Shown here in pieces: positions 21,020-30,279 of a stretch of 40,222 nt of DNA. Each line of letters starts with the position of its first letter. Positions within the stretch are counted from its first letter, which is position 1. The position numbers and the translations under genes were made by a program. Under the pieces are notes generated by a model that was not told the DNA's origin, did not search any database, and saw only the letters and a list, made by a program, of their open reading frames with translations. Origin of the DNA: a virus; the UHGV virus genome UHGV-0123874; one strand, given 5' to 3'.

Positions 21020-21519
21020 TGCTGCCCCCACAAACAGACTTCACGCTCAATATCGCGACGGGTCATCAGCCCTTTCCATTGCTTACCGCCAGCATATGTC
21101 CAGCGACGCAGCTGGTCACATGCGCCCTTGATATCGCCCTGGTTTATTTTGCGAAGAAGCGTCGATGTTCTGAAATTGCCAGCACCCACGTTGTAAACGA
21201 ATGAGTAAAGAGCGCCGCGCGTTGTTTCCGGTATATCGACTTTGATGTACGGGTTAATTTGTCTGGCGACCGTGGCAAGGTCTTTATTCAGGAGGGCTTT
21301 GCATTCTGCTTCGGTATACGTTTTACCGAGCATGATGTCTTTTCCGGTGTGTCCGTGACATACAGTCCATACGCCTACAATATCTTTGTATGGTATGTAG
21401 CTGACACCTTCCAGACCATCGTTACCACTCGGTCCAGTGATTAACACAGATGCTATAGCAATAGCCCCGCCACTTATCGCCGCTATTACGCTATTTCGTA
21501 GTGCCGGTGACATTGCCAT
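21016..21519 (-). CDS. R: SAR endolysin (phage 21 R-type lysozyme)
   Basis: N-terminal signal-anchor-release segment ([15 protein letters not shown]) followed by a lysozyme domain resembling phage 21 endolysin. Confidence 0.9.
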   Translation of the reverse strand: MAMSPALRNSVIAAISGGAIAIASVLITGPSGNDGLEGVSYIPYKDIVGVWTVCHGHTGKDIMLGKTYTEAECKALLNKDLATVARQINPYIKVDIPETTRGALYSFVYNVGAGNFRTSTLLRKINQGDIKGACDQLRRWTYAGGKQWKGLMTRRDIEREVCLWGQQ

Positions 21520-21694
21520 TCAATCTGTCCTCGCGCTCTTTGCGCTTGTAGTACCAGTTGACGCCAAATGTGCCGACAGTACAAAGAATACCAATGATGA
21601 CAGCCCAGTCATTCAGGGAGAGAATGCCACCCATCGCAGTCAGTCCTCCGAAGCTGTAACTGAACCATTCTCTGATTTTGTCCATACGGTACAT
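21491..21694 (-). CDS. S: Pinholin (phage 21 S-type) with dual-start motif
   Basis: 67 aa, two TM segments, N-terminus MYRMDKI with Met1 and Met4 as in the S21 holin/antiholin pair. RBS can pair into an upstream hairpin (CCCCT...AGGGG). Confidence 0.85.
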   Translation of the reverse strand: MYRMDKIREWFSYSFGGLTAMGGILSLNDWAVIIGILCTVGTFGVNWYYKRKEREDRLNGNVTGTTK

Positions 21695-21811
21695 GCTCTA
21701 CCCCTTCATTGAGGGGATTTGCTCTATTTAATTAGGAATAAGGTCGATTACTGATAGAACAAATCCAGGCTACTGTGTTTAGTAATCAGATTTGTTCGTG
21801 ACCGATATGCA

Positions 21812-21851
21812 CGGGCAAAACGGCAGGAGGTTGTTAGCGCAGCCTCCTGCC
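21812..21851 (-). terminator. Candidate tR'-like terminator in the Q-S intergenic region
   Basis: Minus strand reads GGCAGGAGG, an 11-nt loop, CCTCCTGCC, then GTTTTG; about 350 nt downstream of the candidate late promoter. Confidence 0.45.
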
Positions 21852-22188
21852 ACCCGCTTTCACGAAGATCATGTGTAGAAGGCCGCAGCGTAACTATCAC
21901 TGATGAATTCAGGATAGCCAGTGGCTACGGCTCAGTTTGGATTGTGGCGACCGGTGCTGATCTCCGGTTTGCTGCAACTGCCTACAGCGGGCTACGTGGC
22001 CACACCGAATCCAGCGAAAGATTCTTGCCCTTACACATCAGCCTGTGCATTCACCACAACGATAAGAGCACTGCGCGGCACCTTTCACCAATTCCGCGAG
22101 GTCTGCGGGTTCAATGCTCTTACCTGTTGTGCAAACAAAAAAAGCCACCGTTGCAACTTAAGAGTCACTAACGGCAGCTTACCTTCTA

Positions 22189-22218
22189 ATTATGGCTAAA
22201 TGGCTAATTGCATGTCAA
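22189..22218 (-). promoter_or_regulatory. Candidate late promoter PR' overlapping the 3' end of Q
   Basis: Minus strand TTGACA (22213..22218), 18-nt spacer, CATAAT (22189..22194). Location fits PR'/qut; not verified. Confidence 0.4.
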
Positions 22219-22714
22219 GGCTTTTAACAGCAACATGCTTAACTTTCTCAACACGTTTACGCATTTTGAAAGCATTTTGCATCGGCTGGTATAAAACAAA
22301 TAATGACGCTTTCAGGATGTCGTCAATTTCGTTTCTACAGGTTGCCAGTGAAGGTTTTCTCCATCCCTCGCCACCACGTCCACACATCTTGCGTGGCTTT
22401 GCAGTCGCGTGATAGTAGGATGCAATTGCTCGCTTAGATGAACCATGAGCGTAGTAGCTGAGGAGGATGCCAAAGGCTTTTTTGTCAATGTACATGACGG
22501 AATCGACGACCTGAGAAATCAACATTCCATCATCATCATTGCACATTGGCCTTGTCATAACTCTTCCCGGCTCTACGCTCTCCATGAACTTCGCTATTAC
22601 GCTGCTCATGCGCTTTTCCAGACGACCTGAATAAACCCATGCGCCCCACAGTTCAAGCCAGCCATTCAGCCACTCGTGCTGCTCTTTGGTGAGGTTTAGT
22701 TCTCTTATGCCCAT
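22196..22714 (-). CDS. Q: Late antiterminator Q (phage 21/82-type)
   Basis: 172 aa with ...[11 protein letters not shown]...[44 protein letters not shown], typical of this Q family; directly upstream of the lysis cassette. Confidence 0.8.
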   Translation of the reverse strand: MGIRELNLTKEQHEWLNGWLELWGAWVYSGRLEKRMSSVIAKFMESVEPGRVMTRPMCNDDDGMLISQVVDSVMYIDKKAFGILLSYYAHGSSKRAIASYYHATAKPRKMCGRGGEGWRKPSLATCRNEIDDILKASLFVLYQPMQNAFKMRKRVEKVKHVAVKSLDMQLAI

Positions 22715-23376
22715 GCGCCTTCTCCCTGTACCTGAATCAATGTGAGGTTTCCGCAGAACACTGCGCCGGTATCGATATACATCTGGTTGGCAAACTTGAG
22801 TGGTTTCACTGCTGGCGTATGACCAAAGATGAACGTGTCCGCTCCTTTGATTTCTTTCACGATCCCGTCTTGTGAGTTGCTGATTCGTTCGCGGTTCCAG
22901 ATTACCTGCTGATGATCAACTGGCTTTCCAAACTCGTATTCGTCACAAGGATAATCGGCGTGGCAGATGACATATTTTTTACCTTTACTCACCAGTTCGA
23001 TGATTAACGGAAGTTCATCTGCTTTATGGGCAAGAGCTTTAGCCAGAATTTCTTTGTCGTAATCGAGATTAAAGAACCAACTACCGCCATTAAGCAGCCA
23101 GTGATTGACGTTTCCGCGCTCTGATAAGCCATCAATCATCATTTGCTCATGGTTTCCACGTACAGCTCTGAACCAGGGGAATGTGATTAATTCCAGGCAT
23201 TCGACGTTCTCTGTACCGCGATCAACCAAATCGCCAACCGAGATAAGCAGGTCTTTTTTGGTGTCGAATCCTATCGTCTCCAGTTGTTTCATCAGGTTCG
23301 TGTAGCATCCGTGCAGATCGCCAACTACCCAAATATTTCGGTATTTGCTGCCATCAATTTTTTCGTAATAGCGCAT
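22705..23376 (-). CDS. ninI: Ser/Thr protein phosphatase (lambda PPase / NinI-like)
   Basis: Metallophosphatase motifs GDLHGC, GDLVDRG, GNHE. From internal ATG 23376 ([23 protein letters not shown]) it is near-identical to lambda phosphatase. Confidence 0.85.
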   Translation of the reverse strand: MRYYEKIDGSKYRNIWVVGDLHGCYTNLMKQLETIGFDTKKDLLISVGDLVDRGTENVECLELITFPWFRAVRGNHEQMMIDGLSERGNVNHWLLNGGSWFFNLDYDKEILAKALAHKADELPLIIELVSKGKKYVICHADYPCDEYEFGKPVDHQQVIWNRERISNSQDGIVKEIKGADTFIFGHTPAVKPLKFANQMYIDTGAVFCGNLTLIQVQGEGAWA

Positions 23377-23560
23377 CTCTTTCACTCCATCCGCGATGAA
23401 CCATGAGAACGTCGTTGACGATGGCGTGCATTTTCCCGTCTTTATCATCAACGTATTTTCTTACCGTGCCGCGACTACATTTCAGTCTGCGTGCCACTTC
23501 TGTCTGGTTTCCGTATGCTTCAACGAGCATGTCTGGAATGGTTTTTACTGAGAACGTCAT
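23354..23560 (-). CDS. ninH: NinH
   Basis: 68 aa, [37 protein letters not shown]..., lambda NinH-like. Confidence 0.85.
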   Translation of the reverse strand: MTFSVKTIPDMLVEAYGNQTEVARRLKCSRGTVRKYVDDKDGKMHAIVNDVLMVHRGWSERDALLRKN

Positions 23561-24168
23561 ACGGCCTCACTTCTGCTATTTCGCATGTCTTTGAGTTTCT
23601 GTTGGTACTCTGCCTTGATCGCCTTGCACTCTTCGACAGTCCAGCGATGGCGGCTATGGTTTGATTCGATTTCGTCTACTGCTTCCTGCCCGATACGGCT
23701 AATCAGTTCGACGCGATACGGAACGAGATTTCCGCTTTTGTGCTGGTTGCACACCACGCATTGCTTGTGAATATTTCGTTCATCAAATCGGAGTTGAGGT
23801 GCCGCAGCAGTTGTCCGGTAATGTCCGGCATCCCACTGAGCAGACGTGAGCGTTCCGCACGAGATACATGGTAAGTCGCGGTCTCTTTCTCTGATGAAGG
23901 CGTTTACGGCTTGTTGGGCTTGTTTAATCCAGTAACTGCGGGGCTTTGAGGCGAGTTTTCGAATCTTAAGTTTATCTTTCTGTTTCTGCTCCTCTCGTCG
24001 TCGTTTCTTCTCTGCTGCTTTTTCCGCTTTTTCGCGTTCTTTACTTCGTCGTTCGAGTGCTATCTTGGTTCCACACTCTGGAGAGCACCACCACTGATTG
24101 GCGAATGCAGGGTGAAACCATTCCCGACATTCATCGTTTTTACATCGTCTTCGCGCTGGTTTAGCCAT
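23557..24168 (-). CDS. ninG: NinG (Rap) recombination-associated protein
   Basis: 203 aa, [35 protein letters not shown]..., lambda NinG-like Cys-rich N-terminus. Confidence 0.9.
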   Translation of the reverse strand: MAKPARRRCKNDECREWFHPAFANQWWCSPECGTKIALERRSKEREKAEKAAEKKRRREEQKQKDKLKIRKLASKPRSYWIKQAQQAVNAFIRERDRDLPCISCGTLTSAQWDAGHYRTTAAAPQLRFDERNIHKQCVVCNQHKSGNLVPYRVELISRIGQEAVDEIESNHSRHRWTVEECKAIKAEYQQKLKDMRNSRSEAV

Positions 24169-24337
24169 CGTCTTCTTCCTCGTACATTGAGCTATTCGGA
24201 TCGCTCATCAGTTCTGCGCAGCAGTGCTCACACACGTGAACTTCCAGCACATGCAGCTTCTGACCACAGTTAGCGCACGTTAAAGCTCGCTCGACGCTTT
24301 CTTTCTGGTATTGAAGGGATTGGGATGGGCTAAGCAT
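24161..24337 (-). CDS. ninF: NinF
   Basis: Track ORF trimmed to ATG at 24337 ([27 protein letters not shown]...), lambda NinF-like. Confidence 0.75.
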   Translation of the reverse strand: MLSPSQSLQYQKESVERALTCANCGQKLHVLEVHVCEHCCAELMSDPNSSMYEEEDDG

Positions 24338-25280
24338 TAACAACCTCCATACAAACTTTCACGAATGCCGTTGCTACTTCTGCATTGATTGCGTTTCCAT
24401 ATCCAATAATTCGCTGATCTTGATTGCGCTTTGCCATTCGTCCCAGTGTGGACTTGCCTCGTCCCAAGCTTTTGGCAATGCCATTAACCATCGGGAATGA
24501 GCCGGGTCTAACTGGACGATATTTTTCATCTCTACAGTAAAGCCAGTCTGCATCTCTCCAGAAGCCGTTAACCGGTAATGGGTACATAGCTTCACCGTCC
24601 CGGGAAGTTTCAAGCAGATTCTTGGGGTTCCGCTCTTGTCTTTTCCGCTGTAGCAATGCGTTGAACCTGTTGCATCGTTCGCTAAAGGAGTTTGCCATCC
24701 CGCTAGTCTCACGCATCCAGATAGGTTCTGAATTCCCCTGCGCGTTTCTGGCTGAAAGTTGATATTTGTCGTTGGAGTAGGCCACCCAATACAATCGCTG
24801 CCTGATGTGCGGAGAACCGAAGCCCGCAGCGCAAATATCGGTACCTGCAGAGGTGTAGTTCGCACCTTCCAAGTCAGTTTGTACAAGGTCGAGCCAAGCG
24901 AGGCCGTCTGCGCTTGCAACCTGTTCGCCAATAACGATGCCAGGATTGCATTTTTCAATAAGCCAGAAGAATGCCGGCCATAAGTGCCGCTCGTCATCAA
25001 CCCCTTTTCCTTTGCCTGCCGAGCTGAAAGGTTGGCATGGGCAACTTCCTGTCCAGATACTCTTGTTGTCTGGCCATCCTGCTTTTCTAAGTGCATAGCT
25101 CCAAACTCCGATTCCTGCAAAAAAGTGGTGCTGGGTAAATCCTCGCAAATCACCTGGTGTGACATCTTCAATACTCCTTTCATCTACATAACCTGGGGCA
25201 ATTTCTCCAGCGTCAATTAAGTTACGCAGCCATTGCGCTGCATACGGATCTATTTCGTTGTAATACGCAGTCATCGTCAT
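24330..25280 (-). CDS. DNA (cytosine-5)-methyltransferase, orphan
   Basis: Motifs in order: FAGIGV (I), PCQPFS (IV), EQV (ENV-like, VI), QRLYWVAY (VIII), GNAINAEV (X). Track ORF extends to an upstream GTG at 25316; start chosen at the ATG overlapping the ninE stop. Confidence 0.85.
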   Translation of the reverse strand: MTMTAYYNEIDPYAAQWLRNLIDAGEIAPGYVDERSIEDVTPGDLRGFTQHHFFAGIGVWSYALRKAGWPDNKSIWTGSCPCQPFSSAGKGKGVDDERHLWPAFFWLIEKCNPGIVIGEQVASADGLAWLDLVQTDLEGANYTSAGTDICAAGFGSPHIRQRLYWVAYSNDKYQLSARNAQGNSEPIWMRETSGMANSFSERCNRFNALLQRKRQERNPKNLLETSRDGEAMYPLPVNGFWRDADWLYCRDEKYRPVRPGSFPMVNGIAKSLGRGKSTLGRMAKRNQDQRIIGYGNAINAEVATAFVKVCMEVVNA

Positions 25281-25453
25281 TTCCTCGCACGATGTCTTAG
25301 CCACCGGATATCCCACAGGTGAGCCGTGTAGTTGAAGGTTTTTACGTCAGATTCTTTTGGGATTGGCTTGCGTTTATTTCTGGAGCGTTTCGTTGGAAGG
25401 TATTTGCAGTTTTCGCAGGTGATGTCGGTGAAACTTCGTCGCTGTCGTCTCAT
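25277..25453 (-). CDS. ninE: NinE
   Basis: Not in track (58 aa). [58 protein letters not shown], start overlaps ninB stop (ATGA). Reconstruction depends on resolving a 1-nt reading ambiguity near 25260, so coordinates are +/-1. Confidence 0.6.
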   Translation of the reverse strand: MRRQRRSFTDITCENCKYLPTKRSRNKRKPIPKESDVKTFNYTAHLWDIRWLRHRARK

Positions 25454-25860
25454 TCGTACCTCCTGTCGGTAAATCTGACACCCTGACCAATAGCCCAGGC
25501 TGTTGTGTACTCGATCAGACTTGCCATACGCTTCACGCTCATCTGCGCGCTGCTTTCGCGAATGTTGACGTATTCGCCTTCAAGCCCGGGCAAAACATCA
25601 GCTTCCTGTTTTGTTGCCACTGCATGACCGCTGATCAACAAAACCTTCCATTGTTCCGGTTTTAACCATTTATCGCGCCACTGAACTTGCCTAGCGATAT
25701 CTGCGACCATCGCGTGAAATTTTGCGTTCTGGTCAAGATTGCGCTTGTAGTCAGTAATGCGGATGGTAACTGGCTTGTCTTTATCGAGTGGTGTTGCGAG
25801 GATGGCGTTGATTGCGGCTTGCTGTTGTTGCTTACTTCGGAGGAAGATTGTTTGCTTCAT
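25450..25860 (-). CDS. ninB: NinB (Orf-family recombination mediator)
   Basis: 136 aa, NinB-like (...[27 protein letters not shown]...). Confidence 0.85.
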   Translation of the reverse strand: MKQTIFLRSKQQQQAAINAILATPLDKDKPVTIRITDYKRNLDQNAKFHAMVADIARQVQWRDKWLKPEQWKVLLISGHAVATKQEADVLPGLEGEYVNIRESSAQMSVKRMASLIEYTTAWAIGQGVRFTDRRYE

Positions 25861-25862
25861 CG

Positions 25863-26255
25863 TTACTCCTTCACTTTGACTCCAGCAGCGCGGATGGCGC
25901 TCTGCACCTCGCTTACATACAGATATGGGGTTCGCCCACTATGCATGGTAAAGCTTTCAGGAAGCTCAATCTCGATAGCTGCTCGCGATGCCTGCCACGT
26001 TTGCCAGTGGCCTTGAACATCGTCCATCACGTATTGACCACCAATATCACCACTGCCAATTTCATGGTGATTTTCAGGGTAACGGATAAGGTCTGAAGAT
26101 TCGCCCCCACGTCGTAACCAACTCTCTTCAAACTGGCATCTGCTTTCGTCATCTTTCATAAGGCAGTCACATTCAATAAAAATCGGCTCTCCCCAAGGAG
26201 TAGAACCTCCGCTATCACACATTCCTGTGTTATTGCACTTTTGGCACTTGCTCAC
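25863..26255 (-). CDS. Hypothetical Cys-rich protein (130 aa)
   Basis: N-terminal CxxC...C...CxC cluster; GTG start preceded by GGAGG. No family assigned. Confidence 0.5.
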   Translation of the reverse strand: MSKCQKCNNTGMCDSGGSTPWGEPIFIECDCLMKDDESRCQFEESWLRRGGESSDLIRYPENHHEIGSGDIGGQYVMDDVQGHWQTWQASRAAIEIELPESFTMHSGRTPYLYVSEVQSAIRAAGVKVKE

Positions 26256-26267
26256 ATTAACCTCCGA

Positions 26268-26474
26268 TTAACTCACAAAACGCCACGCCACTTTTGCTAC
26301 GACAACAGGCATAACACCGATAATCACCCACAGAAAAATGCTACCTAAAAGCACACCAACCAGGTCTTTACCTTCGCCTACCAACCGGACAAAACTGCTG
26401 GCAACCACAATGAACGTCGCCACCATCCACATAGCACCGAGAATCCTCAATGCAGAAAAAATCAACTCAACCAC
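26268..26474 (-). CDS. Small membrane protein (68 aa, two predicted TM helices)
   Basis: Hydrophobic segments MWMVATFIVVASSFV and LLGSIFLWVIIGVMPVVVA. Confidence 0.45.
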   Translation of the reverse strand: MVELIFSALRILGAMWMVATFIVVASSFVRLVGEGKDLVGVLLGSIFLWVIIGVMPVVVAKVAWRFVS

Positions 26475-26490
26475 GATTTACCCTCCCCCA

Positions 26491-26521
26491 AATAAAAAGG
26501 CCTGCGATTACCAGCAGGCCT
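26491..26521 (-). terminator. Intrinsic terminator downstream of the primase-helicase gene (tR2-like position)
   Basis: Minus strand reads AGGCCTGC, 8-nt loop, GCAGGCCT, then TTTTTATTT. Confidence 0.45.
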
Positions 26522-26550
26522 GCTATCAGCTCAGTGATGTAGATGGTCAT

Positions 26551-28431
26551 TTAATACTCCGTCACGTTTTCCTGTCGCCACGCCTCGTCATATTCAGATT
26601 TCGGCATATTGGCGATGTAGCTATATGGAGATCCTGATTCAAGTTGCAGGAACTGGTGCGATTGCTCGTCAAGGAACAACGGGACACCACCTTCCCAACC
26701 TTCGCCGTTACGTTGTTTTTCAAGCATTAAAACAGATGCCGGAGATGCCAGTAGCTGTTCGTCCTTCTCTGACATCTTTTCACCACTCTGAACTCTCTGT
26801 AACGCTCTCTCGCGAGCCTTGTTACGCCAGATGATGAAAAGGTTGTCTGTCAGGTCTGTTATCGCTCCAGAGCCCTTTACGTCCATTTTCCCGGTTGGTT
26901 TTTCTTCGCTGTCACCTTTTCGCGAGTGAGTAACGAGAATGACGTGGGAGTTTGTTTTGTTTTTGAAATCGCAAATCGAGTCAACAAACGCCTTCTGCCC
27001 GTTATAGTCATCGTCGCCTATGCCACATTTCATCAGGCTGTCGATGATAAATAACTGGATGCCGTATCGGCGGCGAGCGTAGTCGAATATTTCGATCAGC
27101 CTGTCGGCTTTCGCCGTTCCGGTCAGGCCAAACACCCAAAGTCTTTCGTCATAAAATTTAAATGCAGAGTCAATTTCCAGCACTGGCGGCATCTTGCAGC
27201 ACGTCGCCTGACGGGTAAGTCGCTTAAGGAGAATGCCTGGCTTCAGCTCAAGTGACGCGATGCACGTCTTCACACCCTGACGCATTGCCTCAAGTGCCAT
27301 ATGCCCGACAACCTCCGTTTTTCCGTGACCGTTCACACCATTGACCAGCGTCAACTCTGCCTCACGGAACTGGAATTTATCTGCCAGAGATTCCCACGGT
27401 GGATTAAACAGATACTGCTGCTTGCCGTAGAAAGCGTTGATAGTGTCCTGGTAAAACTCTCGCGCACTGTAGAGTTCTTCAGGATCGAAGTAGGATGCCG
27501 TGCCGATGTACTGCCAGATTTCATCCTCGGTAACACCGTTCATCAGGCATTCGTTGATGTCTTTGTACGGCAGAGTAACAAGACGGCAACGATGTTCACC
27601 GAGTCGGCTTGCGATTTCCCTTGCGGCTTCACGACCAACATCATCAACGTCCATCGAGATGAATATCTCCTCAAACCTGTCGAGGTTGTGATACTCAAAC
27701 TCAATCCACTGTTGCTTAGCACCTTTCCCGCCACCAAACGGCACGGATAACGCCGAGATGCCGTATTGCGCATAGCTCATACAATCAATTTCGCCTTCGC
27801 AAAGTACAACCGCCCTCACGCCAGCGTCCAGAGCCTGCCATCCGAACAGACAAGGTTCGCAATCACCTTCTGCCATAATGACTTTCTTCCCGTCCGGGCG
27901 CTCAGTGCTGATTCGCTTGACCTGCAACAACTCACCATCGCGTTTGTACGGAAGCACCAGGGCATCCAGTTCTCGTTCTCCATTCCACACCTTGCCGCTG
28001 ACAACCTCGTAGCGCTTTACGATTTCTGGCGATATGCCACGCGATTGCAGGTACTCAAGATGGGATTCTGTTCTGGTAACGTAGCGGGCGATTTTCTTGC
28101 GATCAGGTCTGGAGAATTTTTTCTCACGTTTGGCATCGAAATGGTGATCGTCATCCTTGATACCGAGAAATGCTTTCGCTTCCTGCATAGCCTGATGCAG
28201 GTTAATTCCACGACATGCCATCCACAAATCAAGCATGTCACCGCCGTCTCCCTCAGCGAAATCAGCCCATTTTTTCTTGCCGCTAAGGTTGACCTTAAGG
28301 CTGTTTCCCTTGTCACCATTGACGTTACCGGCAACCCACTCATGCCCATCTTTCTTGCCGTTTGGCAACAGGTGCGGAGCCACCCTGTCAACCTGCGCCC
28401 AAAGCAGGTCGCTAAGTTCACTTGGCGTCAT
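26551..28431 (-). CDS. Bifunctional DNA primase / SF4 (DnaB-like) helicase
   Basis: Toprim-like motif (VLCEGEIDCMSYAQ) in the N-terminal half; Walker A GVNGHGKT and helicase-like motifs in the C-terminal half. Confidence 0.85.
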   Translation of the reverse strand: MTPSELSDLLWAQVDRVAPHLLPNGKKDGHEWVAGNVNGDKGNSLKVNLSGKKKWADFAEGDGGDMLDLWMACRGINLHQAMQEAKAFLGIKDDDHHFDAKREKKFSRPDRKKIARYVTRTESHLEYLQSRGISPEIVKRYEVVSGKVWNGERELDALVLPYKRDGELLQVKRISTERPDGKKVIMAEGDCEPCLFGWQALDAGVRAVVLCEGEIDCMSYAQYGISALSVPFGGGKGAKQQWIEFEYHNLDRFEEIFISMDVDDVGREAAREIASRLGEHRCRLVTLPYKDINECLMNGVTEDEIWQYIGTASYFDPEELYSAREFYQDTINAFYGKQQYLFNPPWESLADKFQFREAELTLVNGVNGHGKTEVVGHMALEAMRQGVKTCIASLELKPGILLKRLTRQATCCKMPPVLEIDSAFKFYDERLWVFGLTGTAKADRLIEIFDYARRRYGIQLFIIDSLMKCGIGDDDYNGQKAFVDSICDFKNKTNSHVILVTHSRKGDSEEKPTGKMDVKGSGAITDLTDNLFIIWRNKARERALQRVQSGEKMSEKDEQLLASPASVLMLEKQRNGEGWEGGVPLFLDEQSHQFLQLESGSPYSYIANMPKSEYDEAWRQENVTEY

Positions 28432-28538
28432 GATTCCCTCAGATTGAGATTTTTAAACCAGAAATCGACAAACGAAATACTTAACCAGCCGTGGTTATAA
28501 CCAGCGACCAGTAGCGATTTGATTTTTGATTTCATGGT

Positions 28539-29399
28539 TCACCTGTCGAAAAACACGTAGCCAGTTTTCGATACGGTGATTGCGGATGATGGTTTGGATT
28601 GTGGTTGAATAGTTTCTGGCTTCTCGTCGTTCCAGCGTTGACCGTTCAGGTAGCTCGATGGTAACAACCTGTCGAATCCGAACTGCTTACCATTCCTGCA
28701 TGCGATGTCTTCTGCCAGCATCGTGGCAAACTCGCTTGCCGTACCCCTGGTAGTTTTACGCCATTCCCTGAACTGTGTTCTGAATGCCGAAGCCGCGTTT
28801 TTCTTCCCGGCTTTCCGCATGCCTGCACACCAGAATATTTCCTCGAATGCCTTGTCGGTTTCTTCGTGACGGTCAGATGATTTTTCACACTCCGTCCGAA
28901 CACTTTCGGACATAGTGTTTTTATTATTTCTTTTTTCTTTTGTAATAGTTTCTTTTGTGTGTCCCTGTTTTGGTGACAGCGCTGTCACCGTTTTGGTGAC
29001 ACTTTTTGTCACCAATGCAGTGACATTATCACCAGAGTAGTGACACCCTTCTATTTGCCATTCCTCGATGTTCTTGTTAGGTCCGATTTGCTGGCCTTCG
29101 CGAAGGATAACCTTCATCGCGATAAGCTCATTCTTGGCCTTGTTTACCTTCTGTCTTGGCAGCCTGGTAATTTGAGCTAACTGACTATCAGAGATGCGAT
29201 CCATCTTTTTACCGTAGCCGTATGTTTTACGGCATATGGCGTGGGCAACCTTGCTCTGATTTTTCGTTAAATCTGCGCCGATAAGCTCTTCATACAGGGC
29301 ATTTGCAAGACGGGTATAACCATCTTCAACTTCTGCCACACGACGCTCCACAGGCCGTTGTGAAGGCCTTAAATGTGTTACGGTTGCAAGATTACTCAT
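28539..29399 (-). CDS. Replication initiator, lambda O-like
   Basis: N-terminal domain ...[54 protein letters not shown]... resembles lambda O. Iterons lie inside the gene. Confidence 0.85.
   Translation of the reverse strand: MSNLATVTHLRPSQRPVERRVAEVEDGYTRLANALYEELIGADLTKNQSKVAHAICRKTYGYGKKMDRISDSQLAQITRLPRQKVNKAKNELIAMKVILREGQQIGPNKNIEEWQIEGCHYSGDNVTALVTKSVTKTVTALSPKQGHTKETITKEKRNNKNTMSESVRTECEKSSDRHEETDKAFEEIFWCAGMRKAGKKNAASAFRTQFREWRKTTRGTASEFATMLAEDIACRNGKQFGFDRLLPSSYLNGQRWNDEKPETIQPQSKPSSAITVSKTGYVFFDR
28915..29045. repeat. Candidate replication origin: iterons plus AT-rich tract inside the O-like gene
   Basis: Repeated GGTGACA / TGTCACC units (GTTTTGGTGACAGCGCTGTCACCGTTTTGGTGACACTTTTTGTCACCAATGCAGTGACA) next to a 40-nt run with very few G/C. 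Confidence 0.6.
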
Positions 29400-29548
29400 G
29401 ACCTTTCTCCTTCTGCATCAGCTTCACTTTTTCCAACTCAGCCCGGAATCGACCAGGCTGCTTGAAGCTGGACAGGAAGCGATCACGTAGTATGTGTTTG
29501 TGAATTTTGTCCTGGTAAGGACTGAGTTGTTTTGTCATAATGACTCCT

Positions 29549-29625
29549 GTTGATAGATCCAGTAATGACCTCAGAATTCCATCTGGATTTGTTCAGAACG
29601 CTCGGTTGCCGCCGGGCGTTTTTTA
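29549..29625 (+). ncRNA. oop: oop antisense RNA overlapping the 3' end of cII
   Basis: Near-identical to lambda oop: GTTGATAGATCCAGTAATGACCTCAGAATTCCATCTGGATTTGTTCAGAACGCTCGGTTGCCGCCGGGCGTTTTTTATT, ending in a terminator. CATAAT -10 lies just upstream. Confidence 0.8.
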
Positions 29626-29867
29626 TTGGTGAGTCCATCAAGCGCATACTTAAAAGCCCTGCTAATCGGACTGATGTCTGATGCCATTCCGAAAGCACAC
29701 AAGACCGAAGCAATAAATCTCCAGTCCGTTCTGCTTATCTTCGATTCATGACAGCCAATCATCTTTGCCAGACCGCGCTGGGTAATAGCTGACAGATTGA
29801 TAAGTAAATCTGTTTCTGCGCGATCAACGTCACGCTGTGATAGTTTGCTGTAACTTGTTCTTTCCAT
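29571..29867 (-). CDS. cII: Transcriptional activator CII
   Basis: C-terminal 21 residues ([20 protein letters not shown]) identical to lambda CII; N-terminal HTH region divergent. Confidence 0.85.
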   Translation of the reverse strand: MERTSYSKLSQRDVDRAETDLLINLSAITQRGLAKMIGCHESKISRTDWRFIASVLCAFGMASDISPISRAFKYALDGLTNKKRPAATERSEQIQMEF

Positions 29868-29931
29868 TTCTTACTATTTCCATAGGTAAATAATCACTAA
29901 TACTCATCTTTCGATGAGTGCTTAATTAGTT

Positions 29932-29966
29932 ACCGCGTTGTCGGCGGTGCAGATTGATAAAGAGCG
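29932..29966 (-). promoter_or_regulatory. nutR: boxA (CGCTCTTTA) and P22-type boxB hairpin
   Basis: Minus strand boxA CGCTCTTTA (29958..29966) then ACCGCCGACAACGCGGT (29932..29948), whose stem-loop has a GACAA-containing loop as in P22 boxB. A second hairpin ACTCATC-GAAAG-GATGAGT at 29902..29919 may be tR1. Confidence 0.5.
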
Positions 29967-29973
29967 GTGTTAC

Positions 29974-30201
29974 TTATGCAGCCAGAAGGTTCTTTTTACT
30001 TATTTCAAGCATTTCGCTTGCTTGATATTTGCCACCAGAAATCTCTTCGATTTTTGAGGCGTATTTCGTTTTCCCAAAAAACTCAGTCTTAGGGAGGAAG
30101 CCGTTTTTGAGCCACTTATAGACAGCCCTTTCGCTAACTCCACAAGCCTTCGCAACTTCAGGTATGCCGACACCTTTAATCGGCTCATCAAGATTTTGCA
30201 T
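29974..30201 (-). CDS. cro: Cro-like repressor
   Basis: HTH GIPEVAKACGVSERAVYKWLKNG. Internal ATG 30201 preferred (AAGGA 7 nt upstream); the track's first ATG lies inside the operator palindrome. Confidence 0.7.
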   Translation of the reverse strand: MQNLDEPIKGVGIPEVAKACGVSERAVYKWLKNGFLPKTEFFGKTKYASKIEEISGGKYQASEMLEISKKNLLAA

Positions 30202-30204
30202 AGG

Positions 30205-30279
30205 AATATCCTTTTTCGTACTTTCAGTACGCATTATGATTGAACTGAAAGTTTTTGCAAGTGCTTTAGTATCGTACTC
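30205..30279. promoter_or_regulatory. OR region with divergent PR and PRM
   Basis: Minus strand TTGCAA-N16-CATAAT is the PR candidate. Palindrome CGTACTTTCAGTACG and related sites (AACTGAAAGTT, AGTATCGTACT) flank it. The cI ATG at 30280 has no SD and sits just after TAGTAT, consistent with a leaderless PRM transcript as in lambda. Confidence 0.55.

Noticed and set aside
21695..22195. Possible tRNA or Shiga-toxin cargo between Q and the holin
   Set aside because: No ORF of toxin size and no tRNA-like T-arm or anticodon-arm pattern seen by eye; a covariance-model search would be needed to fully exclude a tRNA.
25255..25320. Apparent 1-nt frame discontinuity in the N-terminus of the methyltransferase, which would truncate ninE and split the methyltransferase
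   Set aside because: The ORF track reports a continuous 328-codon frame here. The discrepancy arises from my manual reading at a line boundary, and the alternative reading restores a lambda-like NinE C-terminus, so I treat it as a reading error rather than a pseudogene.
29483..29713. 76-aa ORF overlapping cII in another frame
   Set aside because: cII is strongly supported by its lambda-identical C-terminus; the overlapping frame has no start context, and the strand opposite this interval is accounted for by oop.
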